Below are positions 1-11,954 of a stretch of 64,000 nucleotides of DNA, in pieces. Position numbers and translations under genes: made by a program. How positions within the stretch are numbered: the first letter of the stretch is position 1; the number at the start of each line of letters is the position of its first letter. The DNA is from the human T2T-CHM13v2.0 reference genome, Homo sapiens: assembly GCA_009914755.4 (NCBI GenBank), contig CP086569.2, forward strand, positions 27,456,001-27,520,000. The letters are read 5' to 3'. The notes beneath the pieces were generated by a model. It was not told the origin of the DNA. It saw only the letters and a list, made by a program, of their open reading frames with translations, and searched no databases.

Positions 1-3000
1 TGTAGTGGAGTGGAATGGGATGGAATGGAATGGAATGCAATGGGGTCGAACAGCATGAAATCGAATTGCATGGAATCAAAATGAATCGAATCAAATCAAA
101 TCAAATCAAATGGAAAAAGTGGATTTGAATGGCATCAAATGGAGTCGAACGGAATGCGGTGAAGTGGAGGGGAGTGGAGTGGAATGGAGTGGAATGTAAT
201 TGGGTGGAATAAAATTGAATGAAGTGAAGTGGAGTGCAGTGGAGTGGACTGTAGTGAAATGGAATGGAATGGGAAGGAATGAAATTGAGCAGAGTGGAGT
301 GGCGTGGAGTGGAGTGCAGTGGAGTGGAGTGGAATGGAGTGAAATGGAGTGGAACCGAATGGAATGCAATGAAATGGAATGGAATGGAATTGAATTGCAT
401 GTAATCAAATAGCTTGGAATCAAAATGAATCAAATCAAATGGAAAAAATGGAATCGAGTGTAATCAAATGCCATCAAATGGAATCAAATGGAATGCAGTG
501 AAGAGGAGTGGAGTGGATTGGAGTGGAGTGGAGTGGACTGGAGTGGAATGGAATGGAATGGGAAGGAATGGAATAGAACGGAGTGGAGTGGAGTGGAGTG
601 CAGTGGCATGCAGTGGAGTGGAGTGGATTAGAGTGGATTGGAGTGGAATGGCGTGGAGTGGAGTGGAATGGAATGAAATGGACTGGACTGGAATGGAATG
701 GAATGGAATGGAATTGAATCACATTAAATCGAGTCGAATCACATCAAATCGAATGGAAACAATGGAATAGAATGGAATCAAATGGAATCAAATCGAATGG
801 ATTTGAAAGACATCGAACACATTTGAAAAGATTGCTGTAAAGTGGAGTGGAGTGGAATGGAGTGGAATGGAATGGGATGGAATGGAATTGAATGGAGTGG
901 AGTCGAGTGGAGTGGAGTGGACTGGAGTGGAGTGGACTGGAGTGGAATGCAATGCAATGGGAAGGAATGGAATTGAACAGAGAGCAGTGGCATGTAGTGG
1001 AGTGGAATGGAATGGAATGGAGTGGAGTGGAAAGGAATGGAATGGAGTGGAATGGAATGGAAAGGAATGGAATGGAGTAGAGTGGAGAGGAATGGAATTG
1101 AATGGAGTCAAATCGCATGAAATCGTATCGAATCAAATTGAATTGAATCGAAACGAATAAAATGGAAAAAGTGGAATTGAATGGAATTGAATCGAATGGA
1201 TTTGAATGGCACCCAATGAAATCGAATAGAATGTGGTGAAGTGGAGTGAAGTGGAACGGAATGGAATGGAATGGGGTGGAATGGAATTGAGAGGAGTGGA
1301 GTGGAGTGGATTGTAATGGAGTGGAGAGAAATAGAGTGGAATGGAATGGAATGGAATGGTACGGAATGGAATTGCATGGATTCGCATGGAATCTCATGGA
1401 AACAAATAAAATCGAATGGAATCAATCGAATGGATTCGAATGGAATCGAATAGAATCCAATGGAATGCAGTGAAGTGGAGTGCAGTTGAGTGGAATGGAG
1501 AGGAAGGTAATGGGATGGAAAGGAATGGAGTGGAGTGGAGAGGAGTGGAATGAAACGGATGAGAATGGAGATGAATGGAATGGAATGGAATAGAATGGAA
1601 TGAAATAGCATGGAATCGAATAACATGGAATAGAATCAAATGGAATTGAAAGGAAAAAATGGAAACGAATGGATTTGAATGGAATCAAATTGAATGGATT
1701 CAAATGTCATCGAAAGGAATCGAATGGAATGTGGTGAAGTGGAGTGGATTGGAATGGGGTTGTATGGAATTGAATGGAGTGTAGTGGAATGGAGCAGAGT
1801 GTAGTGGACTGGAGTGGAATGGAATCGAATTGGAAGGAATGGAATTGAACAGAGTGGAGTGGAGTGGAAAGGAGTGGAGTGGAGTGGAGTTGAATGGAAT
1901 GGAATGGAGTGGAATGGAATGGAATCCAATTGCATGGAATTCAATCGCATGGAATCAAAGCAAATCAAATCGAACCGAATGGAAAAAATGGAATAGAATG
2001 TAATCGAATGGAATAGAATTGAATGGACTTGAATGGCATCGAATGTAATCGAAAGGAATGCAGTGAAGTAGAGTGGAGTGGACTGGAATGTAGTGGAATG
2101 GAATGGGGTGGAATGGAATTGAATGGTGTGGAGCGGAGTAAAGTAGAGAGGACTCAAGTGGAATGGAATGGAATGGGAAGAAATGGAATTGAGCAGAGTG
2201 GAGTGGAGTGCAGTGGAGTGGAGTGGAATGGAGTGGAGCAGAATGGATTGGAGTGGAATGGAGTGGAGTGGAATCGATTGCAATGGAATGCAATGGACTT
2301 GAATGGAATGGAAAAGAATGGAATTGCATGGAATCAAATTGAATTGAATAGAAAAAATGGAATCAAATGGAATAGAAAGGAATTGAATCAAATGGAATCG
2401 AATGGTATCGAAGGGAATCAAATGAAATGCGGTGAAGTGGAGAGGAGTGGAGTGGAATGGAATGGAATGGAATGGAATGGAATGGAATGGAAAGGAGTAG
2501 AGTGGAATGGAATGTACTGGAGTGGAATAAAATTTAATGGAATGGAATGGAATCGAATAGCATGAAAATGAATAACATGGAATCAAAATGAATTAAATCG
2601 AAACGAATCAAATCGAATGGAAAATGTTGATTTGAATGGCATCAAATGGAATCGAATGGAATGTGGTGAAGTGGAGAGGAATGGACTGGAATGGAATGGG
2701 TGGAATGGAATTGAATGGAGTGGAGTGGAGTGGACTGTAGAGGAATGGAATGGGAAGGAAGGGAATTGAAAGGAGTGGAGTGGGGTGCAGTTGGTTGGAG
2801 TGGAGTGGAGAGGATTGGAGTGGAATGTGGTGGAGTGGAATGGGTTTCAATGGAATGCAGTGAACTTGAATGGAATGGAATGGAATGGAATCACATGGAA
2901 TCAAATTGAATGAAATCAAAATGAATCGAATTGAATAGAATGGAAAAAATAGAATCGAATGGAATTAAATGTCACGAAAAGGAATTGAGTGGAGTGAGGT

Positions 3001-6000
3001 GAAGTGGAGTGGAGTGGAATGGAATTGAATGGAAAGGAGTGGAGTGGAATGATGTATTGAATTGGAATGGAATGGAATGGAATAGAATGGAATGAAATTG
3101 AATAGCATGAATTCGAATCCCATGGTAACAAATTGAATCGACTTGAATCGAATCAAATCGAATGGAAAAAGTAGAATCGAATTGCATCGAATGGAATGTG
3201 CTGAAGTGGAATGGAGTGGAATGTAGTGGAATGGAATGGGTTGGAATGGAAAGGAATGAGTGGAGTTGAGTGTAGTGTAGTGAGTGTAGTGGAGTGGACT
3301 GTAGTGGAATGGAATGGAATGGGAAGGAATGCAATTGAACGGAGTGGAGTGGAGAGGAGTGCAGTGGTTTGGAGTGGATTGGAGTGGAATGGAGTGGAGT
3401 GGAATGGAATGGAATGGACTGGAATGGAATGGAAAGGAATGGAATCAAATCGAATTTAATTGAATCAAATCAAATTGAATGAAAAAAATAGAATTGAATG
3501 GAATCAAATGGAATCGAATGGAATCAAATCAAATGGATTCAAATTGCATAGAATGGAATCAAATGGAATGCGGTGAAGTGGAGTGGACATGAATGGAGTG
3601 GAATGGAATGGGTTGGAATGGAATTGAGTGGATTGGAGTGGAGTGAAGTGGAGTGGAGTTGAGTGGAGTGAAATGGAATGGAATGCAATGGAATGGAATT
3701 GAATCAAATGGAAAAAATGGAAACGAATGGAATCGAAACATATGGCTATGAAAGGCATAGAATGGAATTGAAAGGAATGCGGTGAAGTGGAGTGGAGTGG
3801 AATTGAGTGGAATGGAATTGGGTGGAATGGATTTAACAGGAGTGGAGTGGAGAGTGGTGGACTGGAGTGGAATGGAATGGGAAAGAATGAATTTGAATGG
3901 AGTGGAGTGGAGTGTAATGGAAAGGAGTGGATTGGAGAGGAGTGGAGTGCAATGGACTGGAGTGGAGTGGATTGGAGTGGAATGGAGTGGAGTGGAATGG
4001 AATGGGATGTACTGGAAGGGAATGCAATAGAATGGAATTGCATGAGGTTGAATTGAATCGAATTGAATGGAAAAAAAAGGAGTCGAATGGAATTGAACGG
4101 AATCAAATCAAATGGATTCAAATGGCAGCGAATGGAATCGAATGGAATGCGATGAAGTGGAGTGTAGAGGAATGGAGTGCAACGGATTTTGGTGGAATGG
4201 AATTGAATGGACTGGAGTGGAATGTAGTGGACAGGAGTGGAATGGAATGTAATGGGAAGGAATGGAATTGAACGGAGTGGAGTACAGTGGAATGGAGAAA
4301 AGTAGTGTGGAAAGGAATGGAGTGGAATGTGATGGAGTGGAATGGAGTGGAATGGAATGGAATGGAACAGAGTGGAGTGGAGTGGAGTGAAATGGAGTGG
4401 AGTGGAGTGTAATGCAATGGAATGGAATGGAATGCAATAGAGAGGAGTGGAGTGGAGTGGATTGGAGTGCAGTGTAGTGTAGTATAGTATAGGGCAATGG
4501 AATGGAATGGAAAGGAATGGAGTTGAGTGGAGTGGTGTGGAGTGGAGAGGAGTGGAGTGGAATGGAGAGGAGTGGAGTGCAGTGAAGTGGACCAGATTAG
4601 AGTGGAATGGAATGCAGTGGAGTTGAATGGAATGTAATGAAGTGGAATTTAGTGGAATGAAGTGGAATGGAATGGAATGGAGTAGAGAGGAATGGAATGG
4701 AGTGTAGTGGAATGGAAGGGATTGTAGTGGATTGGAGTGGAACGGAATGGAATTGAGTGGTAGGGACTGGAATGGAATGGAATGGAATCAAATCAAAGGG
4801 AATCTAATCTAATCAAAATGAATCACATCGAATTGAATGGAAAAAATGGAATTGAATGGAATCGAAAGGAATCAAATCGAATGGAATAGAATAGCATAGA
4901 ATGGAATCAAATGGAATGAGGTGAAGTGGAGTGGAGGGGAATGGATTGGAATGAAATGGGTTGGAAAGGAATCGAACGGACTGGAGTGGATTGAACTGGA
5001 GTGGAGTGGAATGGTACGGAGTGGAAAGTAGTGGAGTGGAGTGGATTGGTGTGGAATGCAGTGGAGAGGAGTGGAGCGGAGGGGATTGGAGTGGAATGGA
5101 GTGGAGTGGAATGGAATGGAATGGAATGGAATGAATTGGACCGGAATGCAATGGAATGGAATGGAATAGCATAAAATCGAATCAAAGCAAATTGAATCGA
5201 TTTGAATCGAATTGTATGGAAAAAAATGGAATCAAATGGAATCCAATAGAATGGATTCGAATAGCATCGAATGGAATTGAATGGAATGCGGGGAAGTGGA
5301 CTGGAGTGGAATGGAATGGGGTGGAATAGAATTGAATGGAGTGGACTGGAGTGGATTGGAGTGGAATGGAATGGAGTGGGAATGAATGGAATTGAATGGA
5401 GTGGAGTGGAGGTGAGTGCAGTGGAATGGAGAGGAATGGAGTGAAGTGGAGTGGAATGGACTAGAGTGGAATGGAATGGTGCAGACAGGAATGGAATGAA
5501 GTGGAGTGGAAGGGAATGGAATGGAATTGACTGGAATGGAGTGGAATGGAATGGAATAGAGTGGAATGAAATGGAAAGGAATGGAATGGAATGGAGTAGA
5601 ATGGAATGGAATGGAATAGAGTGGAGTGGAGTCGAGTGGATTGGAATGGAATGGAACGGAATGAGTTGAAACGAAATTGAATTGTAGGGAATCGAATCAA
5701 ATCAAATCAAATCAAATCACATCAAAACGAATAGAATGGAAAAAATGGAAGTGAATGGAATAGAATGGAATCGAATCAAATGAATTTGAATGGCATCAAA
5801 TGGAGTCAAATGGAATGTGGTGAAGTGGAGTGGAGAGGAGTGGAATGGAGTAGAATGGAGTGGAATGGAGTGGAATGGAGTGGAGTGGAAGGGAGTGGAA
5901 AGGAGTGGAATGGCGTGGATAGGTATGAAATGGAATGCATTGGAATGGAGTGGAATGGAATGCAATGAATGGAATCGGATGGAATTGAAACGAATCAAAT

Positions 6001-6690
6001 CAAATTGAATCGAATGGACCAAATGGAATCAAATGATATCAAACAAAATTGAATCAAACGGAATTGAATGGAATAGAATGAAATCAAATGGAAAGTGGTG
6101 AAGTGGAGTGTAGTGGAATGGAGTTTAATGGAATGGGTTGGAATGGAATTGAATGGACTGGAGTGGATTGGAGTGGAATGAAGTGGAGTGAGTGGAGTGG
6201 AATGGAGAGGAAAGTAGTTTAGTGGAGTGGATTGGAGTGGAATGGAGTGGAGTGGAATGGAATGGATTGGACTGAAATGGAATGGAATGGAATCAAATGG
6301 AATTGCATGGAATCAAATTGAACCAAATCTAATCAAATTTAATAGAATCAAAAGGGAAAAGTGGAATCAAAAGAAATCAAATTCAATGGATAGGAAAGGC
6401 ATCGAATGGAATTGAATGGAATGCGATGAAGTGGAGTGGAGTAGAATGGAGTGGAATGGAATCGGATGAAATGGAATTGAATGGAGTGGAGTGGTGTGGA
6501 GTGGACGGAGTATAATGGAATGGGAAGAAATGGAATTGAATGGAGTGGACTTGAGTGGGGTGGAATGGAGAGGAATGGAGGGGAAACGAGTGGAATGGAG
6601 GGGAAAAGAGAGGAATGGAGGGGAAAGTACTGGAAAGGAGTGAAGTGGAGGGGAATGGAGTAAAGTGGAATTGAATGCAGTGGAGTGGAA
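1..6690 (+). repeat. Diverged satellite segment without higher-order periodicity (ancestral-type subrepeats only)
   Basis: ORF peptides in this segment do not recur at a fixed period. Recurrent motifs such as aatgYRgtgaagtggagtgg and gggaaggaatggaattgaacRgagtggagtgg occur at irregular spacing of about 250-550 bp. Similarity to the downstream HOR decays gradually upstream of about 6.7 kb. Confidence 0.7.
6570..6665 (+). repeat. Local GGGG-rich variant block (ggaatggaggggaaaNNag x3 plus gtggaggggaatggag) at the edge of the HOR array
   Basis: Seen directly: ggaatggaggggaaacgag, tggaatggaggggaaaagag, aggaatggaggggaaagtactgg, ...gtggaggggaatggag. There are four GGGG runs about 20-25 bp apart. The block is absent at the homologous phase of downstream HOR copies, for example around 9.40-9.52 kb. 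Confidence 0.6.
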
Positions 6691-9135
6691 TGGAATGGAA
6701 TGGGCAGGAATGGAATTCAAAGGGGTGAATTGGAATTGAGTGCTGTGGATTGGAGTAGACTGCATTGTAGTGGATTGGAGAGGAAAGAAGTGGAGTGGAA
6801 TGGAATGGAATGCAATGGAGTGGAGTGGAATGGAATGGAGTGGAGTAGAATGGAATTTAATGGAGTGGAGTGGAATTGAGTGGAATGGAGAGTAATGGAG
6901 TGGAGTGGACTGGAGCGAAGTGGAGTGTAGTGCATTGGACTGTAGGGGATTGAAGTGGCTTGGAGTGCAATGGAGCGGAGTGGAATGGAATGGAATGGAA
7001 TGGAGTGGAATGGAATCGAATCATATGGAACTGAATCAAATCGAATTGAATGAAATTGAATGGAAAAAGTGGAATCAAATGGAATCAAATCGAATGGATT
7101 CGAATGACATTGAATGGAATCAAAAGGAATGCAGTGAGGTGGAGTTGAGTGGAATGGAGTGGAATGGAATGGGATGAATGGAACTGATTGGAGAGGAGTG
7201 GAATGGAATGGAATGGAAAGGAATGGAATTGAACAAAATGGAGTGTAGTAGAATGTAGTGGATAGGAGTGGAGTGCAGAGGAGTGCAGTGGAATGAAGAG
7301 GAGTGTAGTTGAATGGAATGGAATGGTATGGAACGTACAGGAATGGAATGGATAAGAATGGAATGGAATGGAATCGCATGGAATTGAATAGAATCAAATC
7401 GAATTGAATAGAATCAAATGGAAAAAATGGAGTCAAATGGAATCGAATGTCATAGAATCGAACGCTTTTGAATGTCAGTGAATGGAAACGAATGGAATGC
7501 GAAGAAGTGGAGTGGAGTGGAGTGGAAAGGAGTGCAATGGAATAGGGTGGAACAGAATTTAATGGAACAGAGTGGATTGGAGTGGACAGGAGAGGAATGG
7601 AATGGGAAGGAAAGGGATTGAAAGGAGTGGCGTGCAGTGGAGAGGAGTGGCACGGAGTGGAGTGGAGTGGAATGGAGTGGAATGGAGTGGAATGGAATGG
7701 AGTGGAATGGAGTGGATTGGAATGGAATGGAGTGCAGAGGAATGGAATGGAATGGTATAGAGTGGACAGGAATGGAGTGGAGTGGATTGGAATGGAATGG
7801 AATGTAAGGGAATGGAACTGAATGGACTGGAATGGAATGGAATAGAATGGAATCGCAGGGAATCAAATTGGATTGAATCGAATCGAATGGAAAAAATGAA
7901 ATCAAATGAAATTGAATGGAATCGAATTGAATGTAAACAATGGAATCCAAAGGAGACAAATGGAATCGAATCAAATGGTTTTGAATGGCATCAAATGAAA
8001 CGGCATAGAAGGCAGTGAATTGGAGTGGAGTGGAATAGAGAGGAATGAATTGGAATGGAGTGTAGTGGAATGGCGTGGATTCCAGTGGAGTGGAATAGAT
8101 TGGATTGGAATGGAATGGAATAGATTGGATTGGAGTGGTGCAGAGTGGAGTGGAATGGAGTGCAAAGGAATGGAGTGGAGTGAAGTCCAGTTGAGTGGAA
8201 TGGAATGGAGTGGAGCAGAGTGGAATGCAAAAGAATGAAGTGGATTCGTATGGAATGGAATGGCGTGGAATGGCATGAAATAGAATGGAATGGAATCGCA
8301 TGGAATGATATCAAATCAAATCGAATCGAACGGAAAATTATGAATCCAATGGAATCCAAAGGATTCTAAAGGAATGGATTCGAAAGACATTGAATGGAAT
8401 GGAAAGGAATGCAGTGGAGTAGAGTGGAGTGGAATGTTTTAGAGTAAACTGGGGTGGATTGGAACTTTATGGAGAGGAGTGGAGTGAAGTGGATTGGAGT
8501 GGAATGGACTGCAATGGACAGGAGTGGAGTGGAATGGATTGGAGTGGAGTGGAGTGGATCGGAGTGGAGTGCCGTGGAGTGGACTAGAGTGAGGTGGAGT
8601 GGAGTGCATTGGAGTGGAATGGAGTGGAGTGGGGTGCAACGGAATGGAATGGCATCAAATCGCATGGTAATGAATCAAATGGAATCAAATGGAATGGAAA
8701 TAATGGAATCGAAGGCAAACGAATGGAATCGAATTGCACAGATTCTACTGACTTCGAACAAAATGAAATGAAACGCGTTGAAGTGGAGTGGAGTGGAATG
8801 TATTGGGTGGAATGGAATTGAATGGTGTGGAGTGGAGTGGAGTGCCCAGGAGTGGAATGGGAAGAAATGGAATTGAACGGAGTGGAGTGGAGTGGAATGG
8901 GGCATAATGGAGTGGAATAGTGTGGAGTGGAGTAGAGTGGAATGGGTTGGAGTGGAATGCAGAGGACAGGAGTGGAGTGCGGTGGACTGGAGTGGAGTGA
9001 AGTTGAGTGGAGTGGATTGGATTGAAATAGAGCGGAGCAGAGTGGAATGGAATTGAGTCACATGGTATTGAATCAAATCGAATGGAATTAAATCGAATGA
9101 AAAAATGGAATCAAATGCAAACGAATGGAGTCAAA
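6690..9135 (+). repeat. HOR unit U0 (5-prime-most, partial homology, most diverged)
   Basis: ORFs 6685-6879, 6717-7436, 6905-7177 and 7450-8301 match ORFs of the next unit at an offset of about 2840 bp but with several substitutions. Homology upstream of about 6.69 kb is weak. Confidence 0.7.
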
Positions 9136-11954
9136 CCACATTGGTTAAACTGACATCGAATAATATCAAATGAAATGCGTTGAAGTGGAGTGGAGTGTAA
9201 CGAAATGGGGTGGAATGAAATTGAATGGAGTGGAGTGGATTGGAGTCTACTGGAGTGGAATGGAACGGAATGGAAAGGAATGGAATAGAATGGAGTGAAG
9301 TGCAGTGCAGTGAAATGGAGTGGAAAGGAATGGAATGGAATCAAATGGAGTCGAAGAGAATCGAATCTAATGAAATTGATCGGAAAAAATGGAATGGAGT
9401 AGAATCGAATAAGATGGATTCAAAAGGCAACAAATAGAATTGAATGGAATGCGATGAGGTGGAGGGCATTGGAACGGAGTTGAATGGAATGGGGTGTAAT
9501 TGAATTGAATGGAGTGGAGTGGATTGGAGTGGACTGGAGTGGAATGGAACGGAATGGGCAGGAATGGAATTGAAAGGGGTGAATTGGAATTGAGTGCTGT
9601 GGATTGGAGTAGACTGCATTGTAGTGGATTGGAGTGGAAAGAAGTGGAGTGGAATGGAATGGAATGCAATGGAGTGGAGTGGAATGGAATGGAGTGGAGT
9701 AGAATGGAATTTAATGGAGTGGAGTGGAATTGAGTGGAATGGAGAGTAATGGAGTGGAGTGGACTGGAGCGAAGTGGAGTGTAGTGCATTGGACTGTAGG
9801 GGATTGAAGTGGCTTGGAGTGCAATAGAGTGGAGTGGAATGGAATGGAATGGAATGGAATCGAATCACATGGAACTGAATCAAATCGAATTGAATGAAAT
9901 TGAATGGAAAAAATGGAATCAAATGGAATCAAATCGAATGGATTCGAATGACATTGAATGGAATCGAAAGGAATGCAGTGAGGTGGAGTTGAGTGGAGTG
10001 GAGTGGAATGGAATGGGATGAATGGAATTGATTGGAGAGGAGTGGAATGGAATGGAATGGAAAGGAATGGAATTGAACGAAATGGAGTGTAGTAGAAAGT
10101 AGTGGATTGGAGTGGAGTGCAGGGGTGTGCAGTGGAATGAAGAGGAGTGTAGTTGAATGGAATGGAATGGTATGGAACGTACTGGAATGGAATGGATAAG
10201 AATGGAATGGAATGGAATCGCATGGAATTGAATAGAATCAAATCGAATTGAATAGAATCAAATGGAAAAAATAGAGTCAAATGGAATCAAATGTCATAGA
10301 ATCGCACGGTTTTGAATGTCAGTGAATGGAAACGAATGGAATGCGATGAAGTGGAGCGGAGTGGAGTTGAAAGGAGTGCAATGGAATAGGGTGGAAGAGA
10401 ATTTAATGGAACAGAGTGGATTGGAGTGGACTGGAGTGGAATGGAAAGGGAAGGAATGGGATTGAAAGGAGAGGCGTGCAGTGGAGTGGAGTGGCATGGA
10501 GTGGAGTGGAGTCGAATGGAGTGGAATGGAGTGGATTGGAATGGAATGGAGTGCAGAGGAATGGAATGGAATGGTATAGAGTGGACAGGAATGGAGTGGA
10601 GTGGATTGGAATGGAATGGAATGTAAGGGAATGGAACTGAATGGACTGGAATGGAATGGAATAGAATGGAATCGCAGGGAATCAAATTGGATTGAATCGA
10701 ATCGAATGGATAAAATGAAATCAAATGAAATTGAATGGAATCGAATTGAATGTAAACAATGGAATCCAAAGGAGTCAAATGGAATTGAATCAAATGGTTT
10801 TGAATGGCATCAAATGAAATGGCATGGAAGGCAGTGAATTGGAGTGGAATGGAATAGAGAGGAACGAATTGGAATGGAGGGTAGTGGAATGGAGTGGATT
10901 CCAGTGGAGTGGAGTGGATTGGATTGGAATGGAATGGAATAGATTGGATTGGAGTGGTGCAGAGTGGAGTGGACTGGAGTGCAGAGGAATGGAGTGGAGT
11001 GAAGTCCAGTTGAGTGGAATGGAATGGAGTGGAGCAGAGTGGAATGCAAAAGAATGAAATGGATTGGTATGGAATGGAATGGCGTGGAATGGCGTGGAAT
11101 AGAATGGAATGGAATCGCATGGAATGATATCAAATCAAATCAAATCGAACGGAAAATAATGAATCCAATGGAAGCGAAAGGATTCTAAAGGAATGGATTC
11201 GAAATGCATTGAATGGAATGGAAAGGAATGCAGTGAAGTGGAGTGGAGTGGAATGTTTTAGAGTGAACTGGGGTGGATTGGAACTTTATGGAGAGGAGTG
11301 GAGTGAAGCGGATTGGAGCGGAATGGAGTGCAATGGACTGGAGTGGAGTGGAATGGATTAGAGTGGAGTGGAGTGGATCGGAGTGGAGTGCCGTGGAGTG
11401 GACTAGAGTGGGGTGGAGTGGAGTGCATTGGAGTGGAATGGAGTGGAGTGGGGTGGAATGGAATGGAATGGGATCAAATCGCATGGTAATGAGTGAAATG
11501 GAATCAAATGGAATGGAAATAATGGAATCGAAGGCAAACGAATGGAATCGAATTGCACTGATTCTACTGACTTCGAACAAAATGAAATGAAACGCGGTGA
11601 AGTGTAGTGGAGTGGAATGTATTGGGTGGAATGGAATTGAATGGTGTGGAGTGGAGTGGAGTGCCCAGGAGTGGAATGGGAAGAAATGGAATTGAACGGA
11701 GAGGAGTGGAGTGGAATGGGGCATAATGGAGTGGAATAGTGTAGAGTAGAGTAGAGTGGAATGGGTTGGAGTGGAATGCAGAGGACAGGAGTGGAGTGTG
11801 GTTGACTGGAGTGGAGTGGAGTTGAGTGGAGGGGATTGGATTGAAATAGAGGGGAGCAGAGTTGAATGGAATTGAGTCACATGGTAATGAATCACATCGA
11901 ATGGCTTTAAATCGAATGAAAAAATGGAATCAAATGCAAACGAATGGAGTCAAA
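9136..11954 (+). repeat. HOR unit U1 (2819 bp, early diverged type)
   Basis: Bounded by landmark to landmark. The tail ORF 11273-11590 (MDWNFMERSGVKRIGAEW...) is a diverged variant of the periodic ORF family. Confidence 0.8.

Noticed and set aside
6570-6665. Canonical G-quadruplex at the GGGG-rich block
   Set aside because: The G runs are separated by 16-20 nt loops, which is outside the canonical G3+N1-7 definition. Only a weak long-loop G4 is conceivable, so I report it as a sequence oddity and not as a regulatory element.
8750-8780. Possible CENP-B box (TTCG....A..CGGG) in cttcgaacaaaatgaaatgaaacgcgg
   Set aside because: The spacing and core do not match the 17-bp CENP-B box consensus. 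No 171-bp alpha-satellite periodicity exists in the window.
8733-8785. The non-pentameric stretch cgaattgcactgattctactgacttcgaacaaaatgaaatgaaacgcg as a possible transposon or foreign insertion
   Set aside because: It recurs at the same phase in every HOR copy. It is only about 50 bp long, has no terminal repeats or target-site duplications, and is flanked on both sides by homologous satellite. It is part of the repeat unit itself.
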